Origin: an uncultured bacterium | GTDB lineage: Bacteria > Patescibacteriota > Minisyncoccia > Phycocordibacterales > UBA9973 | Length of the DNA: 64,000 nucleotides | Assembly (NCBI GenBank): GCA_903894565.1 | Contig: CAITQP010000007.1 | Location: forward strand, 28,213-92,212 | Direction of reading: 5' to 3' | Shown here: in pieces, positions 1 through 9,260 of the stretch | Layout of the letters: each line of letters begins with the position of its first letter | How positions within the stretch are numbered: position 1 is the first letter of the stretch | Made by a program: the position numbers and the translations under genes | Notes under the pieces: generated by a model | Told to the model about the DNA's origin: nothing | Seen by the model: only the letters and a program-made list of their open reading frames with translations | Databases searched by the model: none

Positions 1-86
1 TCGGTGTAGAAATGGTATTTAATGTTGGTGGAGGAAAACTCCGTAGTTCATCAGAGTTACTTAAGGCATACGAGGACAAAGCATAA
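1..86 (+). CDS. 3' end of probable cytidylyltransferase-family protein (partial)
   Basis: Frame reads GVEMVFNVGGGKLRSSSELLKAYEDKA*; the GGK-x-x-SSS-x-LL tail resembles cytidylyltransferase C-termini; sits upstream of sugar-phosphate genes. Confidence 0.5.
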   Translation, partial: GVEMVFNVGGGKLRSSSELLKAYEDKA

Positions 87-94
87 TGTAAAGT

Positions 95-865
95 ATGAAA
101 ATGCCTGCATCAAAAAAGAACTTAAAACTTGTCGCTTTCGATCTCGACGGAACCCTCGCTGAGAGTAAGTCACAGCTGACAAAAGAGATGGCAGACTTAC
201 TGACTCGCCTACTCGACAAGATGCATGTAGCAATCGTATCAGGCGCTGCGTTTCAACAGTTTGAAAAGCAATTTCTATCCACCTTCAATCCAGAGAGCGA
301 TCATGCCGGGCGCGTGCATATTCTCTCGACCAATGGGGCGAGCTTATATGAATACGATAATTCATGGAACACCCTTCATACAAGTACACTCACGAGTGTC
401 GAAAAGAAAAAAATATTTCAGGCGTTTGACGAGGCGCTCAGTGAAACAGGTTTTGTATACCCAGAAACTATTTACGGAATTTTGATTGAAGACAGAGATT
501 CACAGATTACTTTTTCGGCTTTTGGAAGTGAGGCACCACTTGCACTCAAAGAGGGATGGGATCAGGACCATGCGAAGCGCGAGCGCATCGCGCTCGCGCT
601 TCGCGCCCGTCTCCCTGAATTCTCCGTCCGCATCGGCGGAAGCACCTCGATAGACATCACTGCTCAGGGCGTCGACAAAGCATCTGGTCTCGAACGACTC
701 ATGAACCATCTCGACATCGCCCCGCATGAGCTCCTCTACATTGGTGACGCACTCTTTCCGGGTGGTAACGATGCATCTGTACACAGACTCGGATCACACA
801 CGCTCGAAACGTCAGGACCAGAAGAAACCAAAAAAATTATCAACGATATCCTCAGTGAAGAATAA
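95..865 (+). CDS. HAD-IIB hydrolase, phosphomannomutase-like
   Basis: FDLDGTL motif I, VSG motif II, GGSTSIDIT..GVDK, GDALFPGGND motif IV. Confidence 0.85.
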   Translation: MKMPASKKNLKLVAFDLDGTLAESKSQLTKEMADLLTRLLDKMHVAIVSGAAFQQFEKQFLSTFNPESDHAGRVHILSTNGASLYEYDNSWNTLHTSTLTSVEKKKIFQAFDEALSETGFVYPETIYGILIEDRDSQITFSAFGSEAPLALKEGWDQDHAKRERIALALRARLPEFSVRIGGSTSIDITAQGVDKASGLERLMNHLDIAPHELLYIGDALFPGGNDASVHRLGSHTLETSGPEETKKIINDILSEE

Positions 866-869
866 CTAT

Positions 870-1217
870 ATGCAATTACATCCAGAAAATACTGAACGAC
901 CATGGGGTATGTTTCGTCTATTTTCCAAAAACACACCTGCGACGATAAAAATAATCTCCGTTAAAAAAGGTGGAGTACTTAGTCTGCAATATCATAATCA
1001 CCGCGAAGAATTTTGGCATATCGTAAGTGGTACACCGCTTGTTGAGATTGGTGAAACAAAAATAACCGCACACAAAGGTGACGAATTTACTATCCAACTC
1101 AAAGAAACACACCGAATCAGTGCTCCCACTGATGATGTCGAGTTTTTAGAAATCTCCCTCGGCGAATTCGACGAGGGAGATATCATTCGCATCAGTGATG
1201 CGTACGGCAGAGCGTAG
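870..1217 (+). CDS. Mannose-6-phosphate isomerase type II cupin domain protein
   Basis: ERPWG, LSLQYHNHREEFW, HRI, EISLGEFDEGDIIRISDAYGR; likely start ATG 870 rather than 726. Confidence 0.85.
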   Translation: MQLHPENTERPWGMFRLFSKNTPATIKIISVKKGGVLSLQYHNHREEFWHIVSGTPLVEIGETKITAHKGDEFTIQLKETHRISAPTDDVEFLEISLGEFDEGDIIRISDAYGRA

Positions 1218-1228
1218 CTCCTACCGAT

Positions 1229-1840
1229 TTATTTCTTTTTCTTTGTAACAGGTTTTGCCTTTGGAGCACTTTTTGCAACTGGCTTTTTTGCGACGATAAC
1301 TACTTTCTTTTTTGCCGGAGCTTTGACTGCAATTTTTTCGATACTTTTTACGGGAGTTTTTTCAACAATTTTTTCAACTGCATCGTACGCCTTTTTCATA
1401 GCAGGAACGACAACTGATTCAACTGATCGAACTGAAGGGTTACTTTCAATCATTTTGATGATGCGCTCAAGTTTTGCGTGCACTGCATTCATCTCTGAAA
1501 CGAGCTTGTCGATACGGCCGTCTGGAGCAGTTGTTTGTGGACGCTGCGCTTGTGTGTGTTCTGCACGTGGAACGAATGCAGGTTTTTCATTGTTACTTGG
1601 GTATGCTCCCTTCTTTTTTCCAAAACAGTCTTTACAGTAAACTGGCTTCGATCCGTTTGGACGAAATGGAACCTCACAGGTATTGTTACATTCTGAACAC
1701 ACGGCACGATGAAGCACTTCACGGCGCTCGCCGCGTTCGCCACTATCGCGATTGCTCGAATACTTGTTGTATCCACCGCCGAACCCTTGTCCTCCGTCAC
1801 GATCACGTCCTTGTCCGCTTGGTCTTCGAAAATCTTTCAT
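1229..1840 (-). CDS. CxxC-x17-CxxC domain protein with Lys-rich tail
   Basis: AVCSECNNTCEVPFRPNGSKPVYCKDCF; histone-like KKA/KP tail. Confidence 0.8.
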   Translation of the reverse strand: MKDFRRPSGQGRDRDGGQGFGGGYNKYSSNRDSGERGERREVLHRAVCSECNNTCEVPFRPNGSKPVYCKDCFGKKKGAYPSNNEKPAFVPRAEHTQAQRPQTTAPDGRIDKLVSEMNAVHAKLERIIKMIESNPSVRSVESVVVPAMKKAYDAVEKIVEKTPVKSIEKIAVKAPAKKKVVIVAKKPVAKSAPKAKPVTKKKK

Positions 1841-1925
1841 AAAACTTCAATAGGTTATATTAGTAGTGTCCCTCGAGCTTAGTGGTTTATGGCCCAAAAA
1901 GCAATAGCTAGAACAGTTTTGTGTC

Positions 1926-2162
1926 CTACGCGCGGAAATTTTCAATACTTCCGCCATCGGTCACACGGGCGAATCCTGCCTGCTCCATGAGCGAGCACGC
2001 CATCATTGAACGATTGCCTGATTCACAAAAAAGCGTGATCTCTGCGTCCTTCGGTACGTCAGGAAATACTCCCTGCATCATGTCCATAATGTCATGATGG
2101 AGCGCTCCGGCGACCGATCCCATATCATGTTCCCCCTTTGTCCGCACATCGATATATACCAT
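1926..2162 (-). CDS. Single-domain rhodanese
   Basis: IDVRT..E...G..GA, active-site loop CESGNRS. Confidence 0.85.
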   Translation of the reverse strand: MVYIDVRTKGEHDMGSVAGALHHDIMDMMQGVFPDVPKDAEITLFCESGNRSMMACSLMEQAGFARVTDGGSIENFRA

Positions 2163-2190
2163 GATTATGAGTATACACGAGATATAGGAT

Positions 2191-2219
2191 TTGACAAGAT
2201 AGCATTAAGGTGCTTTAAT
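2191..2219 (+). promoter_or_regulatory. sigma70-type promoter
   Basis: TTGACA-17 bp-TTTAAT with TGn extension upstream of ORF 2260. Confidence 0.6.
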
Positions 2220-2259
2220 ATATTTAACCCGAAGATTTAAAACCAAAAAAGGGGCAATT

Positions 2260-2547
2260 ATGGACTACATAGTAGAAACAAACCAACGGTATCGTCTCAA
2301 AACCGCCAGAGAAAAGGTTGAACAGGCCTTTTTAGACAAAGAAAGTATGTGTGCTACACACGTACAATCAAAGCCAGGAACGTTCACGGTTATTCTCCAA
2401 GTTGGGAGTAACTATAAAAAACTTTCTCAAGAGGCCGAGGAAGTGTTCGTGAAGACTTTCAATTGTCCTAAGGGCAGTTTGAAGCCGACACAACACGTCA
2501 ATACGTTTCGTATTGATATAAACTCATGGCTTAGCCAAAAAGTTTAA
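2260..2547 (+). CDS. Orphan hypothetical protein
   Basis: 95-aa ORF with own promoter, GGGG SD-like site and downstream hairpin. Confidence 0.6.
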   Translation: MDYIVETNQRYRLKTAREKVEQAFLDKESMCATHVQSKPGTFTVILQVGSNYKKLSQEAEEVFVKTFNCPKGSLKPTQHVNTFRIDINSWLSQKV

Positions 2548-2630
2548 AAAGTTGAGGGTGATTTATCGCCCTCCTTATCTAGATCAGAATCCAAGATTGT
2601 GATCTGAATAAGGAGTACCACTTCCCCGAG

Positions 2631-3554
2631 CTATGTGTTCGACGCGCGAACAATATCATCGAGTGCTTGATCAGCATTTGAAAATTCGTGGGCGAATCCA
2701 GCATCGTGCAATTTGTGTGAATCAGTATTCTGACTTCCAACGAGCGCTTGAGCGAATTCGCCAATCACAATACGCGCAACAAAATATGGAATCCTCCACA
2801 AGAATGGCGCATGGATTGATTTTTGTAATGCACAAAACAATTCTTTTTGCGTGGGCGTATTTCCCGCACCGACATTCACTGGACCCGAAATCTCCGTATC
2901 GAGCGCAAACAAATACACACGAACAATATCTTTCCAATGAATCCATGGCATGCGCTGTGCGCCACTACCGAAATATCCACCGAGTCCTTTTTTGAAAAGT
3001 GGTGTGAGTGCTGTAAGCAATCCTCCCGGACCAAGTACGTTGGCTGTTCTTATGCAGACGACACGCACTCCAAAAGATTCCGCTTTCAGAGCTTCCGCTT
3101 CCCAGTCACGACAAAGTTCGGCCAAAAAATCCGTTCCGCACTCATGACCTTCCTGAAGTAATTCTTCTTTGCAGTCACCATAGAACCCAGACGCTGAAGC
3201 ATTCACGAGAACTTTTGGTTTCGTCTCAAGTTGTCCAATCAATGCGACAAGTTTTCGAGTCGTCGCTACGCGACTCTCGTACATCACTTTTTTGTACCCG
3301 CGAGTCCAGCGCTTGCTGATTGGAGCTCCGGCAAGATTGATGACAGCATCGCATTCCCGAATGATATGTAAATCAATACTGTCTTTCGCAAAATCCACAT
3401 GAAAATAACCGACACGAGAATCTTTCACTCGAGGCGGTACAATATCGGCGATCACTACATGGCTACCAGCTTGAAGCAAGACTTCAGCTAGCTTTGTGCC
3501 AATGAATCCCGAACCTCCAACAATAAGTACCTGTTTGGGCTCTTTAATCATCAT
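2631..3554 (-). CDS. TIGR01777-type NAD-dependent epimerase/oxidoreductase (YfcH-like)
   Basis: GGSGFIG, VINLAG, SRV..T, NASASGFYG, FLAELCRDWE, GSGAQRMPWIH. Confidence 0.9.
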   Translation of the reverse strand: MMIKEPKQVLIVGGSGFIGTKLAEVLLQAGSHVVIADIVPPRVKDSRVGYFHVDFAKDSIDLHIIRECDAVINLAGAPISKRWTRGYKKVMYESRVATTRKLVALIGQLETKPKVLVNASASGFYGDCKEELLQEGHECGTDFLAELCRDWEAEALKAESFGVRVVCIRTANVLGPGGLLTALTPLFKKGLGGYFGSGAQRMPWIHWKDIVRVYLFALDTEISGPVNVGAGNTPTQKELFCALQKSIHAPFLWRIPYFVARIVIGEFAQALVGSQNTDSHKLHDAGFAHEFSNADQALDDIVRASNT

Positions 3555-3816
3555 TTTGCTCTTCCCCACGTTCGTGTACTGGGCGTGTCTGAGGTACCGG
3601 TGTAATTTTAGGCTTTGTTACAACAGACTTCTTTGCTAATGATGCTGTCTTCGAAGGAAGACTGGTTTTTTGCGATGCAACTGGTAGCGGGGCTTGATAG
3701 ACTGTATCCTGATTTGAATCAGCCAACTGCCGAGCAACGGGGATTCCAATCAAAATACCCAGCATTAATACTGATCCTGTAATAAACACAATTTCTTTTT
3801 TGATGAATGTAAGCAT
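3544..3816 (-). CDS. Small membrane-anchored hypothetical protein
   Basis: N-terminal TM helix then low-complexity Pro/Lys/Ser region. Confidence 0.5.
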   Translation of the reverse strand: MLTFIKKEIVFITGSVLMLGILIGIPVARQLADSNQDTVYQAPLPVASQKTSLPSKTASLAKKSVVTKPKITPVPQTRPVHERGEEQNDD

Positions 3817-3819
3817 AAA

Positions 3820-4461
3820 TTATTTTTTTTGAACTCCCCATGTCTCTTTAACAAAAAAATCGACGCCATCTGAAATCATTTGAATGCACGCAGCATTTTG
3901 AATTGATGAAAAAGAAAATTCCCGTCTCTCGATATACCCAATTCGAACCAAAAACATGTATAAACATCCCCCGTGTGTTACTACAGCGACATTCTTCGCA
4001 GGATACGCGAGCGCAATCTCGCGAAGTTGCAAAAGTAGCCGTGTCGTTAATTCTGCGTCATTCTCAATATCAGCAATTCTAAACGTGTCCTGTTCGCTCG
4101 GACACAAAAGATCACGTTCCGCTAATTTGTCTTTCAACTGCTTTTGGTATTCCTCATAATGCACGCCTTCAAAGCTTCCGTGGTTGCGCTCACGTAATAG
4201 CCTCGAAGCTTGCACAACAATTTCTCGATCCAATTTTATAATCTCAGCAGTCTGAACTGCTCGACTAGAATCAGATGAAAAGATAGCATCAAAATGAATG
4301 TCGGCAAGTGTATTCGCTCTCTCTGTTACCTGAGCAATACCAAGAGCTGTAAGTGGCGAATCAGCATGACCTTGTATGAGCTGTTTTACATTCCACTCAG
4401 TCTCACCATGACGAATAAGATACAGAGTGCAGTAGGTGTTCGTATCGAGAGTTTTCTCCAT
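3820..4461 (-). CDS. Histidine phosphatase family (PGAM-like)
   Basis: LIRHGETEWN, SSDSSRAVQTA, VTHGG. Confidence 0.9.
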   Translation of the reverse strand: MEKTLDTNTYCTLYLIRHGETEWNVKQLIQGHADSPLTALGIAQVTERANTLADIHFDAIFSSDSSRAVQTAEIIKLDREIVVQASRLLRERNHGSFEGVHYEEYQKQLKDKLAERDLLCPSEQDTFRIADIENDAELTTRLLLQLREIALAYPAKNVAVVTHGGCLYMFLVRIGYIERREFSFSSIQNAACIQMISDGVDFFVKETWGVQKK

Positions 4462-4474
4462 GATTGGTATTCTA

Positions 4475-4894
4475 CTACCAACTGCCGATAATTGCCCCCA
4501 TCGCTACCATAACGACGAGCGAACAACCGGCCTCAAAGAGCCACAATCGAATACTGCGACCCATCCAAAGAACCTCGATCGAACTTGATGGCACCAAAAA
4601 ACCGACCCACACCAACACTGCAGTCATGATGCCTGTCCAAACACCTAATCCACCAGAAAGTGGTGACGTCGAGACAAATCGATATATCACGGCAAGCACT
4701 AATGCAGTGACGATATTTGAAACCAAATTCCCCACCATTTGAGGAATCATATCCGACAATTTTTCATTTCCTGTTGGATGGATGTTTGCAAGCTTCATCC
4801 ACAACTTTCCGAGTAGTGGTCCATGAAACATAAATCCAAGAACAAAGGCGACGACCGCTGATACAAGCACTGCAAAAATATTGATTGAAATCAT
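4475..4894 (-). CDS. DUF1761-like membrane protein
   Basis: INIFAVLVSAVVAFVLG..FHGPLLGKLWMK; four TM helices. Confidence 0.75.
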   Translation of the reverse strand: MISINIFAVLVSAVVAFVLGFMFHGPLLGKLWMKLANIHPTGNEKLSDMIPQMVGNLVSNIVTALVLAVIYRFVSTSPLSGGLGVWTGIMTAVLVWVGFLVPSSSIEVLWMGRSIRLWLFEAGCSLVVMVAMGAIIGSW

Positions 4895-4909
4895 ATAGTT
4901 ATGAGTATA

Positions 4910-5770
4910 CTATTTCCCCTGTTTTTTCTTAACAGGAGCCAATTTGCGGCTCGTACGTATTTCACGTTTTTCTCCGGTAACTTCTGTTGTGTAGAATTTC
5001 TCGCTGAGAAGACTGATGACTTTGCCGATATCGGTATTGTTTATGAGAGCAATCTTTCCACTTTCAATTTCAAGACCCAAATCATACTGCATCGCATAGG
5101 TGAGATATTTTCCATAGGTCATTGGGTCATTGAGATCAATCGTCTTGTCGAGAACGATAGACACGATCTTGCGTCTATTCCCGAGTCCGATCACATCACT
5201 ACTCATCTCTGCTTGTAGTTCGAACATCGGACTTGAGAGGAAGGCATTCGTGCCTTCCTCAGTAATTTGTTTGTACATTTTGTGAATCCCTGGGAAGAGC
5301 GATCGGATGAATGTGAATTTTTTGAAATAGAGTAGTGATCCGTTCCAGTATGCATCGACTTGTCCAGTAAGCACGAGTGTATTCCCTTGTTGTACGACTT
5401 CAGGTTTCTCGTTGAATGCAATATATTTTTGTGAACGTGCGACCTGACGCGAAGTGACTTTGGTAAACAAAATTTCAACTCCTCCGACCGCATAGAGCGC
5501 TTTGATTTCCGTGTAGTGATCAGGACTAATCATATCGAGGAGAGCGCCGCTACTCTCGGAAACATATCCGCCAAGCATTTCCTCTTTTTCTTCTTCGGTG
5601 AGCACGACAAAATACCACTCACCTTCTGCGAGTGCTCGTGTGTCTACCTCAAACGGTATGGCAAGGGTGATTTTTGGGATTTTGTAGACATCTTTGAGTC
5701 CCTCAATCTCAGCATCCGGAAATACCGTTACATTTTGGTCGTTCTTCAGTTTGGCAATAATTTTTTTCAT
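4910..5770 (-). CDS. KwaB/DUF4868-like protein (tentative)
   Basis: EGEWYF near N-terminus, LYFKKF..IRSLF, C-terminal LLSEKFYTTEVTGEKR resembling the DUF4868 tail. Confidence 0.45.
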   Translation of the reverse strand: MKKIIAKLKNDQNVTVFPDAEIEGLKDVYKIPKITLAIPFEVDTRALAEGEWYFVVLTEEEKEEMLGGYVSESSGALLDMISPDHYTEIKALYAVGGVEILFTKVTSRQVARSQKYIAFNEKPEVVQQGNTLVLTGQVDAYWNGSLLYFKKFTFIRSLFPGIHKMYKQITEEGTNAFLSSPMFELQAEMSSDVIGLGNRRKIVSIVLDKTIDLNDPMTYGKYLTYAMQYDLGLEIESGKIALINNTDIGKVISLLSEKFYTTEVTGEKREIRTSRKLAPVKKKQGK

Positions 5771-5855
5771 ATTTTTTGTTTTGAAGGCCTATTATATACT
5801 ATCGCATCATCACAAAACAGCACGGCCGATTGGGCGTGCTGTTTTCTCTATTGCA

Positions 5856-6386
5856 CTATTTATTTTTATTTCCTCCACGAAACCATCGTTGCACTACCAT
5901 CTTGCCTTTTAGCACATTGAGGATATCTTGTACTTTTTTTGCTTCGAAAAATCCTTTTTTGTCATTCTCATCAAGAGAATCCCATTGTCCAAGTGATTTC
6001 GAGTTTTGAGCCTCTTCAAAAATTTCCTCGGCATCCATCTTAATCTTGTCAACCTTCAATAATTCAGCCCAGCGCTTCTTGTTAGATTTTTCAACATTTT
6101 CGTGAGCATTGTCATCCTTACCGAGGGTAACATCTCTTTGAAAACGCTTAAAATGCTCATCGTGAATTTCGTTATAAATAGCGTCGATCTCTTCAGGAGA
6201 AACCCCTGCCTCTATGTCCTTTATCTCTCGATGCAAGGAGTCTTCTGCTTCAACATCGCCTAATGTAACATCCTCAACATCTGTAGTCGAATCCGGTACA
6301 AAGGGAACATATTCTGCATTTAATTCATTCGGAGACGCAACATATTTATGCCCTCGCCATATCTTCTGAGGATTTTCATTCATCAT
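5856..6386 (-). CDS. Acidic orphan hypothetical protein
   Basis: 176-aa ORF, MNENPQ start typical of CPR orphans. Confidence 0.55.
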   Translation of the reverse strand: MMNENPQKIWRGHKYVASPNELNAEYVPFVPDSTTDVEDVTLGDVEAEDSLHREIKDIEAGVSPEEIDAIYNEIHDEHFKRFQRDVTLGKDDNAHENVEKSNKKRWAELLKVDKIKMDAEEIFEEAQNSKSLGQWDSLDENDKKGFFEAKKVQDILNVLKGKMVVQRWFRGGNKNK

Positions 6387-6430
6387 GCCTAAAAGTATAT
6401 CAAATTACACAACAACCTAAAAATCTATCT

Positions 6431-6913
6431 TTATGGTTTGAGGTATCGTTTTGGCACATAATGTTCGCGCACAACGAGCCACAAAATGATGACATCCATC
6501 AGGATGAAGAGCGAGAGTGATAGTGAATAGCTCACGATCACGCAATATATTTCATACAAGAGCAGTCCCCCGAACCCAATGACCGCAACAGGAAACGACC
6601 ACTTTTTCTTAAAGTACAATCCAAAGATGATACCAAGCTTGATGATGCCGTGAGAGAGTAAATAAAATACGATAAAAAATTTGCTTGCTGCGGAGAGCTG
6701 AGTCACACCGCTCATGAGCAGATTCGACATGAAATCTCTCGGCATTTCTGTGAGTTCACCATGAGCAATCGTAAGTACAAACGTCGTTATCGCATTTGTA
6801 CTGATGAAATAAAAGAGAACCCCTGCAACAATCTCCAAAAAAGCCTGTAGGGCTTTCAGGAATAGGCCAATTTCATAAACAACGAATATTCTTTTTTCCT
6901 CGATTATTTTCAT
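6431..6913 (-). CDS. DUF2127-like membrane protein
   Basis: EIGLFLK...LEIVAG, HGELTE.P.D, YLLSHGIIKL. Confidence 0.75.
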   Translation of the reverse strand: MKIIEEKRIFVVYEIGLFLKALQAFLEIVAGVLFYFISTNAITTFVLTIAHGELTEMPRDFMSNLLMSGVTQLSAASKFFIVFYLLSHGIIKLGIIFGLYFKKKWSFPVAVIGFGGLLLYEIYCVIVSYSLSLSLFILMDVIILWLVVREHYVPKRYLKP

Positions 6914-7143
6914 TTAATCTAAAATATCTATTTCTTAACGACTTTGCATTACCCCATGAGAGTGCAAGCACCAAAAATATATCCGGCTGTCAGAAGGACA
7001 ATGATCAAAAACGAAAGATAAACCTTTTTCATAGTACGATTATACCAAATTAAAAAAATCATCCCGAATAAAAAAGATTGCCAGGTAACATTTGCTACCT
7101 GGCAATCAATGAACTATCGTACAAATTACTTACTCAAACGAAT

Positions 7144-8406
7144 TTATTTAATTATCGTAATTTGTTTTCGAACAAGCACTCTTCCGGACTTTGTCCCTAC
7201 GAGGGTATAAATATATGCTCCATTCGGAAGATTCTCATCCAAATAGTGATTTTTATTTTCAACCCACACAACCGCGCCCCTGAGGTCATAGACGATTATG
7301 GTACCTTCCTCTGCTGACTCTTGAGGCAGCACGGGGACAGCCGTTGGATCGTGCACGACTTTTCGCACACGATCATTCTCCACATCACAGATGTAGAAGT
7401 CGCCAGCTTCATCATACGCAATACCGCGAACGGCATTTATCCGTGCATCTGTTGCAGGACCTCCGTCTCCACCGTAACCGCTCACGCCAGTACCAACAAA
7501 TGCTGTGATAACACCTGACAGGTGTATCGTCCTGATTTCTGCATTTCCGCCGTCGGAAACAGAAATGTCTCCATTACGTGCGTTATACGCAAGATAGACC
7601 GGAGTCTCAAACTCAGCGCCAGTAGCAGGCCCACCATTGCCACTAGTACCAAATGTACCCGTTCCCGCAAGCGTAGTAATAATGCCATCCGTGCTTACCT
7701 TTCTGATTTTTATGTCACTCAAATCAGCAACGTAGATGTTTCCATTCTGGTCCGCACATAGACCACAGGGAGACATCAACTCTCCGTTCGTCGCAGGGCC
7801 ACCATCTCCGCTCGAACCAAAAACACCGGTCCCAGCAATAGTTGTGATAATTCCAAATGTATCAACTTTCCGGATACGATGGTGTCCGCAATCAGAGATA
7901 AACAAATTTCCCGTGTTATCAAAACACAGGCCGTTAATCGTGTTAAATTGCGCATTTGTTGCAGCTCCACCATCGCCGAGAGTGCTCCCTGGAGCATTCC
8001 CAGCAATAGTTGTGATAATTCCAAATGTATCAATTTTCCTAACTACATTATCGTCAGCAACGACGAGACTCCCCTTAGCATCAACAGTGAGGGTGTAGAT
8101 ATTGCTCATGCCCGCATTTGTTGCGGGGCCACCATCGCCGCTCGATACGCTTGATCCATTCCCAGCAATAGTTGTAACAATTCCAGATCTTGTTATTTTC
8201 CTAATTTTAAATGTGTAGGGATCTGAAAAATATACATTTCCGTTATACACGGAAACATCTCCGGGCGCAGTAATTTTCGCCCGAGTGGCTAGACCTCCGT
8301 CGCCACTGTACCCACGCACGCCGGTACCAGCAATCGTGCTGATATTTTGTGCATTCGCATTAATAGTGGACAAAACAAGGAGCGCCACCATAAGAACTTT
8401 CTTCAT
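7144..8406 (-). CDS. Secreted NHL-repeat beta-propeller protein with T9SS-like C-terminal domain
   Basis: Signal peptide ending NANAQ, six repeats of I(S/T)TIAGTG..G.SGDGGPAT.A, C-terminal VYDLRG...LPNGAYI...KQITIIK. Confidence 0.85.
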   Translation of the reverse strand: MKKVLMVALLVLSTINANAQNISTIAGTGVRGYSGDGGLATRAKITAPGDVSVYNGNVYFSDPYTFKIRKITRSGIVTTIAGNGSSVSSGDGGPATNAGMSNIYTLTVDAKGSLVVADDNVVRKIDTFGIITTIAGNAPGSTLGDGGAATNAQFNTINGLCFDNTGNLFISDCGHHRIRKVDTFGIITTIAGTGVFGSSGDGGPATNGELMSPCGLCADQNGNIYVADLSDIKIRKVSTDGIITTLAGTGTFGTSGNGGPATGAEFETPVYLAYNARNGDISVSDGGNAEIRTIHLSGVITAFVGTGVSGYGGDGGPATDARINAVRGIAYDEAGDFYICDVENDRVRKVVHDPTAVPVLPQESAEEGTIIVYDLRGAVVWVENKNHYLDENLPNGAYIYTLVGTKSGRVLVRKQITIIK

Positions 8407-8562
8407 AATCCGTTTTTTTTGATTTGCCTACTTTTTGAAAGTTTCGGGTTTCGGCATTTTCCCTTGTGAATGAATTGTTTTTTTCAATTTCCACACTACT
8501 GATTAAATCGTGATCTGTCAACGAATAATTAAAGAAGCCTCAGATTCTGGTATACTAGAAAA

Positions 8563-9255
8563 ATGTGGAAAAAAGGAAATGAGACTCAAACGAGCGACGA
8601 CACCCAACAACTTATCCAATCAGCGGGGCTAACCACGGATCGCATTCAGGCGCTCGGAGACAGCATTTTTGCCTTTGCGATGACACTACTTGTGTTGAAC
8701 TTTCGCCTACCAACGGTAGCTGAGCCACTCGCTACCGCGGGACATGTATTATTCGGACTCATTCCGCAATTCATCATTTATGTACTCTCGTTCATCGGTC
8801 TTGGAGTTTTGTGGGTCGCGCACCACAATCAATACAACTGGATCCAACGATCCAATCGTACTTTTCTTTGGATAAACATTTTCTTTTTCATGTTCATCGT
8901 TCTTGTCCCCTTTTTCACCGACTTACTCGCGACATACCCTGCCGATATTTTGGCGGTCATTTTTTACGGGCTCAATCTCGTTGTGTGTACGAGCATTCTA
9001 TATCTTCATTGGTGGTATGCGACAAACAAACAGACGCTTGTGGTAACAAACGCAACAGAGGCCATCATCTTTCGTTTCAAATCACGTATGAGTTTCTCTA
9101 TCGGAAGCGATCTTTTGGCTTTGATCGTCTCCTTCCTTTCAATTCGTACTGGAGTCTTCATGCTTATCTTGACTCAAATACTCAGCATCGTGCCGTCAGT
9201 CGTGATTGATAAGCTGATCATTGCACGACATTCATTCCGCAAGGAAAATGCCTAG
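8563..9255 (+). CDS. TMEM175/DUF1211 potassium-channel family protein
   Basis: RIQALGDSIFAFAMTLLVL, YVLSF...WVAHH, PFFT. Confidence 0.85.
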   Translation: MWKKGNETQTSDDTQQLIQSAGLTTDRIQALGDSIFAFAMTLLVLNFRLPTVAEPLATAGHVLFGLIPQFIIYVLSFIGLGVLWVAHHNQYNWIQRSNRTFLWINIFFFMFIVLVPFFTDLLATYPADILAVIFYGLNLVVCTSILYLHWWYATNKQTLVVTNATEAIIFRFKSRMSFSIGSDLLALIVSFLSIRTGVFMLILTQILSIVPSVVIDKLIIARHSFRKENA

Positions 9256-9260
9256 AGCGA

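Noticed and set aside
6949-7032. 27-codon minus-strand ORF (MKKVYLSFLIIVLLTAGYIFGACTLMG*)
   Set aside because: It looks like a signal-peptide remnant, but is too short to support as a gene or toxin.
7831-8034. Exact ~35-bp direct repeat (cccagcaatagttgtgataattccaaatgtatcaa)
   Set aside because: Explained by NHL coding repeats; there is no reverse transcriptase or adenine-specific variation, so it is not a DGR.
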